From: Pseudomonadota bacterium
GTDB lineage: Bacteria; Desulfobacterota; Desulfovibrionia; Desulfovibrionales; Desulfovibrionaceae
Direction of reading: 5' to 3'
Length of the DNA: 64,000 nt
Assembly: GCA_023419375.1 (NCBI GenBank)
Contig: JAEZYD010000030.1
Coordinates: 8,800-72,799, forward strand
The notes under the pieces are model-generated. The model saw nothing but the letters and a program-made list of their open reading frames with translations, did no database searches and was not told the DNA's origin. Made by a program: the position numbers and the translations under genes. Of the stretch, positions 55,562-64,000 are shown one piece after another (position 1 is the first letter of the stretch; every line of letters begins with the position of its first letter).

Positions 55562-56701
55562 ATGTCCATGCGTCTTTCCCGCTCCATTGTGGGTGAAGCT
55601 GAAGCCCGCGCCGTAAGCCGTGTTATAACTGAAGACGGCTACCTCGGCATGGGCAACGAAGTGCGTCTTTTTGAAGAAGAAGTCGCCCGCTACCTCGGCG
55701 TCAAGCCCAGTCAGGTTATTTCCGTAAATACAGGCACCGCGGCCCTGCATCTGGCTGTGGACGGCGTTGCCGCCCAGTGCCGCGTAGACGGCAAGCCGGA
55801 AGTTCTGGTTCCTTCCCTTACCTTTGTGGCGTCTTTTCAGGCCATTACAGCCGCAGGCTGCCAGCCTGTGGCCTGCGATGTGCTGCCTGAAACCGGCACC
55901 ATCGACCTTGCCGATGCCGAACGCCGCCTGACCCCCCGCACCATTGCCATCATGCCCGTGCACTATGCCAGCAATCCCTGGCATATTGACGCCATATACG
56001 ATTTTGCCCGTGCAAAGGGCTTACGCGTGGTGGAAGACGCCGCTCACGCCTTTGGCTGCAAAAGCAAGGGGCGCATGATCGGCAGTTTTGGCGACATGGT
56101 CTGCTTCAGCTTTGACGGCATCAAAAATATTACCTGCGGTGAAGGCGGCTGCCTGGTGGCCTTTGATGAGGCCGCCGGAAATTTGGCTTCTGACGCACGA
56201 CTGCTTTCTGTAGCCAATGATGCAAAACAGCGTTTTGCCGGAGCGCGTTCGTGGGATCCCGATGTGACCCGTCAGGGCTGGCGCTATCACATGAGCAATA
56301 TCATGGCCGCCATCGGGCGGGTGCAGCTTGGGCGGCTTGAATCGGAATTTATCCCGGCACGCCGCAAGCTTACAGCCATTTACGAACAGCGCCTCGCCAA
56401 CGTGGAGGGCCTTGCCCTGCTGGTCACTGATCCGCAGGACTTTGTGGTGCGCCATATCATGCCCGTGCGTGTGCTGGGCGGCCGCAAGGATGCCGTTAAG
56501 GAATTTATGGCGGCACGCGACATCCCCACCGGCGTACATTACAAACCCAATCACCTGCTCAGCTGCTTTGGCGGAGGCGCGGAGTCGCTGCCCGTGACGG
56601 AACAGCTCTATGGCGAGCTGGTGACCCTGCCCCTGCACCCCGGCCTCAGCGTCGAAGATGTGGAGAGCGTGTGCGACGCGCTTGTTGCCGCACTCAAGTA
56701 G
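55562..56701 (+). CDS. DegT/DnrJ/EryC1/StrS-family PLP-dependent sugar aminotransferase
   Basis: The 379-aa ORF has NTGTAALHLA, VEDAAHAFG and the SFDGIKNIT PLP-lysine region. AGGAGG lies upstream. Confidence 0.85.
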   Translation: MSMRLSRSIVGEAEARAVSRVITEDGYLGMGNEVRLFEEEVARYLGVKPSQVISVNTGTAALHLAVDGVAAQCRVDGKPEVLVPSLTFVASFQAITAAGCQPVACDVLPETGTIDLADAERRLTPRTIAIMPVHYASNPWHIDAIYDFARAKGLRVVEDAAHAFGCKSKGRMIGSFGDMVCFSFDGIKNITCGEGGCLVAFDEAAGNLASDARLLSVANDAKQRFAGARSWDPDVTRQGWRYHMSNIMAAIGRVQLGRLESEFIPARRKLTAIYEQRLANVEGLALLVTDPQDFVVRHIMPVRVLGGRKDAVKEFMAARDIPTGVHYKPNHLLSCFGGGAESLPVTEQLYGELVTLPLHPGLSVEDVESVCDALVAALK

Positions 56702-56728
56702 CGCTCGCCAGCGCGCGGGAGATTTGCC

Positions 56729-57265
56729 GTGGTTAGCGGCTGGCAGACTGTGCCAGGGTTCAGATGGCTGGCGGATCTGGTGCGCGGGCTTTTGGCCCGG
56801 CGCTGGGTGCGCTTTGGCATTGTGGGCGGCGCGGCTTCCGTAAGCTACTTTCTGCTGGGGCTGTTGTTTGTCAACGTGGCAGGTTTACCCACGCTGGCGG
56901 GCAACGCCCTGGCCTACGCGCTCAGTTTTATTGTTTCCTATCTTGGGCAATGCCTGTGGACGTTCCGCGCCGCGGATTCCGCCGCAGGCATTGCCAGCCA
57001 CCGCACCATGCTGCCGCGCTTTGCGGCTACCCAGGCTGTGGGCCTGTGCTGCAATTCGGCCATTGTCTGGCTGCTGGTGCGGCTTGGTGTTCCTTATGCC
57101 TGGGCCATGCCTGTCGCTGTTCTGACCGTGCCTGTCATGGTTTATGCGCTGTGCAAGGTCTGGGTATTCAGAACGCAGGCTTCATTCGTTCCCGCCGGGG
57201 CAGGGCAAAGCCCGGCGCAACAGACATCCACGCCCCACACCGCGCGCAATGAGGATAAAGCATGA
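56729..57265 (+). CDS. GtrA-family membrane protein
   Basis: The 178-aa ORF has RFGIVGGAASVSYFLLGLLFV and YALSFIVSYLGQCLWTF, with four TM helices. The GTG start is uncertain. Confidence 0.7.
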   Translation: MVSGWQTVPGFRWLADLVRGLLARRWVRFGIVGGAASVSYFLLGLLFVNVAGLPTLAGNALAYALSFIVSYLGQCLWTFRAADSAAGIASHRTMLPRFAATQAVGLCCNSAIVWLLVRLGVPYAWAMPVAVLTVPVMVYALCKVWVFRTQASFVPAGAGQSPAQQTSTPHTARNEDKA

Positions 57266-58236
57266 ATGCCCCCGCAGTTTCGGTCATCATGAATTGCCTG
57301 AACAGTTCCCGCGATCTGCGCGAAGCCATGGACAGCCTCATGGCCCAGACGTTCACGGATTTTGAGGTTGTTTTTTGGGACAACTGCTCAACGGATGAAA
57401 GCCCCGCCATTGCCAAAAGCTATGGCGAAAAGGTGCGCTACTTCCGGGGAGAGAGCATTGTGCCTCTGGGCGAGGGGCGCAATCTGGCCCTGGCGCAGGC
57501 CCGGGGCCGGTATCTGGCCTTTCTTGACTGCGATGACGTGTGGCGGCCTGCCAAGCTGGAACGTCAGGTGGCCCTGTTTGAAGCCAACTCGCGTGTGGGC
57601 CTGGTGTGCACGGATACGGAAATTTTTGACGGCAAGCGTGTGTTCAAGAGGCTTTTTGCCGAAACGTCCCCTGCGCGAGGCATGGCCTTTGCCGCGTTGA
57701 TGGAGCGACAGTGGATTTCCATGTCGTCCGCCATGGTCAGCCGCGAGGCGCTGGCAAGTCTTTCGGCTGACAAAACGCCGTCGGGCGAAGGCCGCAATGG
57801 TGGGTGGTTTGATCAGAGCCTCAACGTGTGCGAGGAGGCCGATGTTTTTTACCGCATCGCCCACGATTGGGAGCTGGATTATGTGGATGAGCCTCTGACC
57901 CTTTGGCGGGTGCATGGGGGCAACACGACTTTTCGCAAATTTGGCCAGTTCGCTGATGAAACATTGCGTATTCTTGAGAAGCACCGGGCTTTGTACCCTG
58001 GCTATGATCAGGAATATTCTGGTCTTGTCGCAATGATGACCCGCAGGGCGGGCTTTCAGAAAGCCGTGGCCCTGTGGCGCGAAGGGCACAACGCCGCCGC
58101 CCGTGAGGCCATAAAACCCTGGCGGTACAGCGGGCGTAAATTCAGGATTTTCTGGTGGGCAAGCTATCTGCCAGGAATTTTTTTTGACGTGGCCGCCCGT
58201 CTGTATTTCGCGCTGCCAGCCAATTTGCGACAATAA
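57262..58236 (+). CDS. Glycosyltransferase family 2
   Basis: The 324-aa ORF has VSVIMNCLN, VVFWDNCSTD and AFLDCDDVW. ATGA overlap with gtrA at 57262-57265. Confidence 0.85.
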   Translation: MNAPAVSVIMNCLNSSRDLREAMDSLMAQTFTDFEVVFWDNCSTDESPAIAKSYGEKVRYFRGESIVPLGEGRNLALAQARGRYLAFLDCDDVWRPAKLERQVALFEANSRVGLVCTDTEIFDGKRVFKRLFAETSPARGMAFAALMERQWISMSSAMVSREALASLSADKTPSGEGRNGGWFDQSLNVCEEADVFYRIAHDWELDYVDEPLTLWRVHGGNTTFRKFGQFADETLRILEKHRALYPGYDQEYSGLVAMMTRRAGFQKAVALWREGHNAAAREAIKPWRYSGRKFRIFWWASYLPGIFFDVAARLYFALPANLRQ

Positions 58237-58409
58237 CAGTAAGTTTTGTCTCGACTTTGATAGGGAAACATATTGTATTTTTTGCTGAAAAATTATATTC
58301 GCACTCAAAGGTCTTAGTGGGGGGAAAGAGGTAGCATTTCTGGGTCGCACGGAAGGGACTCGCTCTGCTCAAGCCCCCTAGCAACACATAACAGTTGAGG
58401 GTCTGTTAT

Positions 58410-60050
58410 ATGGCTTGGACACAAGTGTATGATCCGGTTGGCGGAGCAGTAGTTTCCGCCCTGCTGGCAGGTATTCCCCTGATCAGCCTTTTTTACATGC
58501 TGGCCGTGCGTCGTGCTAAGGGGCATTACGCCGCGGTTCTCGCTGTGGCTCTTTCTTTCATCCTGGCAGTCGCCGTGTGGGGCATGCCGGTTGGAACGGC
58601 CGTGGGCGCATTGACCTACGGCGCGGCCTTTGGCCTCTTCCCCATCATCTGGATCGTTATTACGGCGGTCTGGGTGTACAACATGACTGTGGAATCGGGC
58701 GAATTTGAATACATCAAAGAATCGCTCGCGCGTCTGACAGACGACCGTCGTCTGCAGGCCATCTTTATCGCCTTTGCCTTTGGTTCCTTCATTGAAGGCA
58801 CCGCCGGCTTCGGCACCCCTGTGGCGATCACCGCCGCCATGCTGGTGGGCCTGGGCTTCCGCCCCCTGTACGCCGCTGGCATCTGTCTGATTGCCAACAC
58901 CGCGCCTGTGGCCTTTGGCGCCATTGGTATCCCGATCATCGTCGGCGCCCAGGTTTCCGGCATTCCTGAAATGCACGTGAGCCAGATCGTGGGCCGTCAG
59001 CTGCCCTTCCTGTCCATCCTGGTGCCCCTGTGGCTCTGCGTGGTCATGTGCGGCTTCAAGCGCGCCATGGAAGTGCTGCCCGCCATCATCGTGGCTGGCG
59101 TGAGCTTCGCCGGTTCGCAGTTCCTGTTCTCCAACTACCACGGCGCCACCCTGCCCGATATCATGTCGGCTCTTATCACCATCGTTGCGATGGTGCTGTT
59201 GCTGCGCGTGTGGAAGCCCAAGACCGTGTGGCGCTTTGAGGGCGAAAAGGAAACCGTGCTGAGCGGCGCTGCCCCTTCAACTGGTATCGTGCTTCGCGCG
59301 TGGCTGCCTTACATCGTTCTGGCCGTCATGGTGTTCTTGTGGGGCCTGCCCCAGTTCAAGAACATGCTGAACGCCGTGCCCGGTTCGGTGCTCAAGTTCT
59401 CCTGGCCCGCTCTTGACGGCATGGTGCACAAGGCTGCTCCCATTCTGGCCGCCGGCAAGGATCCCAACTACCCCGCAGTGTTCGTGTTCAACTGGCTTTC
59501 CGCCGGTGGTACGGCCATTCTGCTGGCTGGTTTCTTCTCTGTGCCTTTCATGCCTGGTTATTCGTTTGGCAAGGCCGTCAGCTGCCTGTTCCGTACCGTT
59601 CACCAGCTGCGCTTCCCCATCCTGACCATCGCCATGATCCTGGGCCTGGCTTACCTCATGAACTTCTCCGGCATGAGCTCCACCCTGGGTATCGCCTTTA
59701 CCCTGACTGGCCCGCTGTTCCCGCTCTTCTCGCCCCTTTTGGGCTGGTTGGGCGTGTTCCTGACCGGTTCGGACACCTCTTCAAACGCCCTGTTCTGCGG
59801 TATGCAGCGCTCCACGGCTGAAGTGGTGGGCATGGATCCGGCCCTGGCCGTTTCCGCCAACTCGTCCGGTGGTGTTACCGGTAAGATGATTTCGCCCCAG
59901 TCCATCAGTGTGGCAACCGCTGCCACCAACCTGGTTGGTCATGAAGGCGACCTCTTCCGGTTTACGCTTGGGCACAGCTTGGCCATGACTGGCTTTATCT
60001 GCGTGCTCACCTACCTGCAGTCCAACGTGCTGCATTGGATGCTGCCGTAA
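58410..60050 (+). CDS. lctP: L-lactate permease (LctP family)
   Basis: I used ATG 58410 (MAWTQVYDP), with GAGGG 8 nt upstream, giving 546 aa. Motifs are LctP-type (FGLFPIIWIVITAVWVYN, FGSFIEGTAGFGTPVAI, GWLGVFLTGSDTSSNALF). Confidence 0.9.
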   Translation: MAWTQVYDPVGGAVVSALLAGIPLISLFYMLAVRRAKGHYAAVLAVALSFILAVAVWGMPVGTAVGALTYGAAFGLFPIIWIVITAVWVYNMTVESGEFEYIKESLARLTDDRRLQAIFIAFAFGSFIEGTAGFGTPVAITAAMLVGLGFRPLYAAGICLIANTAPVAFGAIGIPIIVGAQVSGIPEMHVSQIVGRQLPFLSILVPLWLCVVMCGFKRAMEVLPAIIVAGVSFAGSQFLFSNYHGATLPDIMSALITIVAMVLLLRVWKPKTVWRFEGEKETVLSGAAPSTGIVLRAWLPYIVLAVMVFLWGLPQFKNMLNAVPGSVLKFSWPALDGMVHKAAPILAAGKDPNYPAVFVFNWLSAGGTAILLAGFFSVPFMPGYSFGKAVSCLFRTVHQLRFPILTIAMILGLAYLMNFSGMSSTLGIAFTLTGPLFPLFSPLLGWLGVFLTGSDTSSNALFCGMQRSTAEVVGMDPALAVSANSSGGVTGKMISPQSISVATAATNLVGHEGDLFRFTLGHSLAMTGFICVLTYLQSNVLHWMLP

Positions 60051-60075
60051 ACTTGGTTTTCCTTCCGTAATATGG

Positions 60076-60103
60076 CGCCGCCCCGCAAGGGGCGGCGTTT
60101 TTG
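60076..60103 (+). terminator. Intrinsic terminator of the lactate permease gene
   Basis: GCCGCCCC-GCAA-GGGGCGGC, followed by GTTTTTG. Confidence 0.8.
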
Positions 60104-60253
60104 CGTTTATGGGCAGGGAGGCGTGTCTGCCAGGTAGGCTCGGCTGCATTCTTGGCCAGAGAGCCCGCAAACACTTATGGGCCGAGCATTCCGGGCTATC
60201 TTGCCAGCCAGCCTTGTCTGCTTTATGGTGCGCTGCAATGCTTGGAGGACTAC

Positions 60254-62068
60254 ATGGATTCGCAGCAGATAACGTTTTCTTCAATCGTCAAATCGCTGGG
60301 CCTTGTGTTCGGCGATATCGGCACAAGCCCCATATATACGCTGGCAGTCATATTCATGCTGACCGAGCGCACAGAAGACCATTTTATCGGCATTCTTTCG
60401 CTGATTATCTGGACTTTGCTGCTGCTTGTGACCGTGGGCTATGCGTGGCTGGCCATGAGCCTGAGCAAGGGCGGCGAGGGCGGCACCATAGTGCTGCTTT
60501 CCATTCTGCGCCCCTTGCTGCGCTCCGGCAGAAAGATCGGCTTTGCTTCCGTCATGGCCTTTGTGGGCGTTTCTCTGCTTATTGGCGACGGCGTTATTAC
60601 GCCAGCCATTTCCATCCTCTCGGCTGTGGAAGGTCTGACGCTGGTGCCAGGCCTTGAGGATACCCCCAAGGTAGCGATTATTGCGGTTGCCCTGGTGTGT
60701 ACGACAGTGCTTTTTGCCGTGCAGAGAAAGGGCAGTGGCGCAGTTTCCGGCGTATTCGGCCCGATCATGGCGATGTGGTTCGGTGTGCTGGCCGTGTCAG
60801 GCATCGCTTCCATCACGCAGGCCCCTCAGGTCATCAAGGCGCTGAACCCGATGTACGCCGTTGATTTTATGGTGCACAACGGCATTGCGAGCTTCTTTGT
60901 TCTTTCCGAGGTTATTTTGTGCGCCACAGGCGGTGAAGCCCTGTATGCCGACATGGGCCACATGGGGCGTAAGCCCATTATTGCTGCCTGGGGCATTGTT
61001 CTTGTGGCTTTGGTGTCCAGCTACATGGGCCAGACCTCGTTTCTGATACGCAATCCCGGGGCCGAGAACGTGCTGTTTGAACTGATTAACAGCCAGGCCC
61101 GTCACCTGTATGTTCCCTTCCTGATACTCAGCCTTCTGGCAACGGTCATTGCATCGCAGGCGCTCATCAGCGGGCTGTTTTCCATCATGTATCAGTGCAT
61201 GGCCACCCATATCATGCCCCTGTTCAAAGTGGATTTCACCTCGCAGGAGCTGCACTCGCAGATTTACATAAACTCTGTAAACTGGGCTCTGTATCTGGCC
61301 GTGGTGTTTGCCATCTGCGGGTTTGGCGAGTCACACAAGCTGGCCGCCGCCTATGGGCTTGCCGTTACCGGCACCATGTCCATAACGGCCGTGTTCATGG
61401 TATGGATATTCCATTTGCAGGGGCGGCATTTCAATTCCGTTGTCGCGGCAATTGTTTGCGTGCTTGATTTCATCTATCTCTTTGCCAACTTTCACAAATT
61501 CCCGCACGGCGGGTACTGGTCCATCCTCATCTCGCTGATTCCGCTCACCATCATTCTGATCTATACGCGTGGGCAGCGGGCCGCCTACCAGCGCATGCGG
61601 CCCATGGGCAAGGAACTGTTTCTTGAAAAGTTTGCAGAGGAACGCGCCAGAGGTTGCGCCATACGCGGCACAGCCATATTTTTTCTGCGCAGTCTGGACA
61701 AGGTTTCGCCCTACATAGTCAAGACCATGTTCAGCAACGGCATTATTTATGAGCAAAACATCATGCTTTGCATCGGGCGCACCAATGAGCCCTTTGGCGT
61801 GACATGGCATTTTGATGATGACCCCGCTGAGGGTATTCGTGTATTCGAGGTTGCAGCAGGCTATATGGAAGTAGTTGATATCTACCATATATTGTCTGAG
61901 GCGGGCATCAAACCGCGCGTCATTTTTTATGGCGTGGAAGATATCCTCACCAGTTCGCCCCTGTGGCGCATTTACGCCATCATCAAAAAACTGGCGCCGT
62001 CGTTTGTGCAATTTTACAAAATGCCGGTGCACGCCGTGCACGGGGTTATCAGCCGCATAGATATGTAG
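60254..62068 (+). CDS. kup: KUP/HAK/KT potassium uptake transporter
   Basis: I used internal ATG 60254, preceded by GGAGGA, giving 604 aa. Motifs are LGLVFGDIGTSPIYTL and GGEALYADMGHMG. Confidence 0.9.
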   Translation: MDSQQITFSSIVKSLGLVFGDIGTSPIYTLAVIFMLTERTEDHFIGILSLIIWTLLLLVTVGYAWLAMSLSKGGEGGTIVLLSILRPLLRSGRKIGFASVMAFVGVSLLIGDGVITPAISILSAVEGLTLVPGLEDTPKVAIIAVALVCTTVLFAVQRKGSGAVSGVFGPIMAMWFGVLAVSGIASITQAPQVIKALNPMYAVDFMVHNGIASFFVLSEVILCATGGEALYADMGHMGRKPIIAAWGIVLVALVSSYMGQTSFLIRNPGAENVLFELINSQARHLYVPFLILSLLATVIASQALISGLFSIMYQCMATHIMPLFKVDFTSQELHSQIYINSVNWALYLAVVFAICGFGESHKLAAAYGLAVTGTMSITAVFMVWIFHLQGRHFNSVVAAIVCVLDFIYLFANFHKFPHGGYWSILISLIPLTIILIYTRGQRAAYQRMRPMGKELFLEKFAEERARGCAIRGTAIFFLRSLDKVSPYIVKTMFSNGIIYEQNIMLCIGRTNEPFGVTWHFDDDPAEGIRVFEVAAGYMEVVDIYHILSEAGIKPRVIFYGVEDILTSSPLWRIYAIIKKLAPSFVQFYKMPVHAVHGVISRIDM

Positions 62069-62108
62069 CTGGGCGTTTCGCCCAAGCATGAGCACAAGGG
62101 AGGCCGTC

Positions 62109-62384
62109 ATGCAGAAAAATCCATTGATTGGCAGCGGCCTGCTTGCCTTGTGCCTGATGGCAGGCTTCCTGGCTTGCGGATGCACCCCTCGTGAGCGGCC
62201 TCCCCTGACGTTTGATGATCAGCAGGCCCTGGCTGCCAACCAGCAGTGCCGGGCAGAAGCGACCCAGATGAATAATGAGTGGCGTGGAAACACCAACTAC
62301 TTCCCCTGGCGGGCCTATTACGAAATGTGCATGAGGCGTTTTGAAATCAGTGATGCGGAAATGCGCAAGTTACGCCTGCCGTGA
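62109..62384 (+). CDS. Small putative lipoprotein (91 aa)
   Basis: ATG 62109 is preceded by GGGAGG. The signal peptide and lipobox-like sequence LLALCLMAGFLACGC is followed by a polar domain. I recognise no family. Confidence 0.45.
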   Translation: MQKNPLIGSGLLALCLMAGFLACGCTPRERPPLTFDDQQALAANQQCRAEATQMNNEWRGNTNYFPWRAYYEMCMRRFEISDAEMRKLRLP

Positions 62385-62598
62385 GCTGGCCTGCGGCAAG
62401 CTCGCCTTGCACGCAGCAAAGTCTGCGCTGCTGCACCAACTGACCGATGTGGTGAGAGGCAAAAAGTGTGGAGCTGGCTTGGCCTGTGAGCCGATTTTTT
62501 AGATTTTTGATAGCAGGGTGTACGCTGGCGCTGTCACGCTTAGGCGGGGCATTTATGGGCCAAATTGGGCGTAATGGCTGCGGAGTATGCTGCGATGC

Positions 62599-62637
62599 AA
62601 AAAAAAAGGGTGACTCAAGCGAGTCACCCTTTTTTTT
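62599..62637. terminator. Bidirectional intrinsic terminator between the lipoprotein region and lepA
   Basis: A9-GGGTGACTC-AAGC-GAGTCACCC-T8, perfectly symmetric. It lies 13 nt downstream of the lepA stop. Confidence 0.85.
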
Positions 62638-62649
62638 GCATTTTCAAGT

Positions 62650-64000
62650 CTATTCGTCGCCCACTTTGAGGGCAGCTAAAAACGCTTCCTGCGGCAACTC
62701 GACGTTGCCCATGCGCTTCATGCGTTTTTTGCCTTCTTTCTGCTTTTCAAGCAGCTTGCGCTTACGTGTAATGTCACCGCCATAGCACTTGGCGGTCACG
62801 TCCTTGCGGAAGGCCGACACGGTTTCGCGGGCAATGATCTTCTGCCCGATGGCTGCCTGAATGGCCACCTGGAAAAGCTGGCGGGGAATGCTGCGCTTGA
62901 GCTTGAGGGCCAATCCGCGCCCGTAGGTGTACGCGCGGTCGCGGTGCACAATGACGGCAAGAGCGTCAACGGTTTCGCCATTGAGCATGATGTCGAGCCG
63001 CACAAGGTCAGATTCGCGGTAGTCCAGCGGATGGTAATCCATGGAGGCGTAGCCGCGTGTGGCAGATTTGAGCCGGTCGAAAAAGTCGTAAACAATTTCT
63101 GCGAACGGCAATTCATAGGTCACAACCACGCGGTTGGTGGCCAGATAGTGCAGGTTTTTCTGCATGCCGCGCTTTTCTTCGCACAGCTTCATGACGTTGC
63201 CCACGTAATCGTTGGGCACGTGAATGTCCATGTTCACATACGGCTCATAAAGCGCACGGATCTTGGTGGGATCTGGCAAATGGCTGGGGTTGTCGATCTG
63301 CAGGGTTTTGCCATCGTTTGTGTCCACCTTGTAGACCACGGAGGGCGCGGTGGCGATGAGGCTGACCTCAAATTCGCGCTCCAGCCGTTCCTGAATGATC
63401 TCCATGTGCAGCAGACCAAGAAAGCCGCAGCGGAAGCCAAACCCCAAAGCCTGAGAAGTTTCCGGCTCAAAGGAGAAGGCCGCGTCATTGAGTTGCAGCT
63501 TTTCAAGGGCGGTTTTCAGGTTTTCGTACTCGTCAGACTCTGTGGGGTACAGACCGCAGAAAACCATGGGCTTCACTTCGGTGAAGCCGGGAACCGGGGT
63601 TGAGGCTGGGTTTTCCACCAGTGTGATGGTGTCGCCAACGCGCGCATCCCCAAGCTCCTTGATGGAGCCGCACATAAAACCCACTTCGCCAGCGTGAAGC
63701 TCGTTCACATCCGTGGCTTCAGGGGAAAATACGCCAAGGCGCAGCACTTCATATTCCTTTCCGGTGCTCATCAGGCGGACCATGTCGTTGCGCTTGATGG
63801 TGCCGTCCATGATGCGGAACAGGATAACGACGCCCTGATAGCTGTCGTACCACGAATCGAAGATGAGCGCTTTGAGCGGGCCCGCCACATCGCCCTTTGG
63901 CGGGGGGAGCCTGTGCACAATGGCTTCAAGAACCGCGTCAACGCCCATGCCCGTTTTGGCGGAAACTGGCATGGCTTCGGAGCAGTCTAGGCCGATACTT
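62650..64000 (-). CDS. lepA: Translation elongation factor 4 (LepA); the N-terminal part lies outside the window
   Basis: ORF 62650..63972 begins at an internal Met. The frame stays open to the window edge (..[20 protein letters not shown]). Motifs are LepA-specific, including the C-terminal [19 protein letters not shown]. Confidence 0.9.
   Translation of the reverse strand, partial: SIGLDCSEAMPVSAKTGMGVDAVLEAIVHRLPPPKGDVAGPLKALIFDSWYDSYQGVVILFRIMDGTIKRNDMVRLMSTGKEYEVLRLGVFSPEATDVNELHAGEVGFMCGSIKELGDARVGDTITLVENPASTPVPGFTEVKPMVFCGLYPTESDEYENLKTALEKLQLNDAAFSFEPETSQALGFGFRCGFLGLLHMEIIQERLEREFEVSLIATAPSVVYKVDTNDGKTLQIDNPSHLPDPTKIRALYEPYVNMDIHVPNDYVGNVMKLCEEKRGMQKNLHYLATNRVVVTYELPFAEIVYDFFDRLKSATRGYASMDYHPLDYRESDLVRLDIMLNGETVDALAVIVHRDRAYTYGRGLALKLKRSIPRQLFQVAIQAAIGQKIIARETVSAFRKDVTAKCYGGDITRKRKLLEKQKEGKKRMKRMGNVELPQEAFLAALKVGDE

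Noticed and set aside
62468-62785. 105-aa plus-strand ORF
   Set aside because: It spans the bidirectional terminator and overlaps the 3-prime end of lepA in antisense. It has no SD and implausible composition.
1-64000. Search for mobile elements, integrases, toxin-antitoxin pairs, restriction-modification or other defence cassettes, CRISPR repeats, rRNA and tRNA
   Set aside because: None was recognised on either strand. The only methyltransferase with NPPY (1404-2228) looks like the tRNA enzyme TrmN6 rather than an R-M component. A tRNAscan/Infernal and defence-system HMM scan would be the definitive check.

Overview
This is a high-GC chromosomal segment. Its gene content suggests a Desulfovibrio-type sulfate reducer, but that taxonomic call is inference only. 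The supporting genes are the sahR-ahcY pair, cytochrome bd oxidase, an 1183-aa FAD/Fe-S fusion dehydrogenase, anaerobic-type cobalamin genes cbiC/cbiA/cobQ, a lactate permease, Kup and MotAB/CheW/MCP. I call about 57 protein-coding genes, one decayed paralogue, about a dozen intrinsic terminators or stem-loops, and several promoter- or operator-like motifs. Most starts were re-set by hand from the ORF track using ATG/GTG plus a Shine-Dalgarno (SD) sequence. By eye I found no rRNA, tRNA, CRISPR array, transposase, integrase, phage gene or recognisable defence gene. Most of the window is ordinary housekeeping, envelope, transport and motility DNA, and I see no convincing evidence for a wholly new system. 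Six things deserve a second look. (1) A GntR-linked seven-gene operon (15.2-22.4 kb) combines an ABC importer, an AllE-like bicupin, an AllC-family amidohydrolase and a divergent ketol-acid-reductoisomerase (KARI) paralogue that appears to have lost two metal ligands. It may be a non-canonical ureide-type catabolic module, and it carries repeated operator-like motifs and intercistronic hairpins. (2) A low-GC islet (37.9-39.2 kb) holds tandem paralogous small membrane-protein genes, one of them killed by a TGG->TGA change and truncated. (3) A roughly 430-bp extremely AT-rich block upstream of an MCP gene is bounded by a 14-bp direct repeat. (4) A hybrid histidine kinase is translationally coupled (GTGA overlap) to a GT8 glycosyltransferase in a signalling and glycan-gene cluster. 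(5) Three sigma-28-like promoters share the same geometry upstream of mcp, motA and cheW. (6) A U32-family protein carries an Arg/Asp-rich insertion of about 85 aa. All functional assignments come from motif recognition by eye, and no database search was run.
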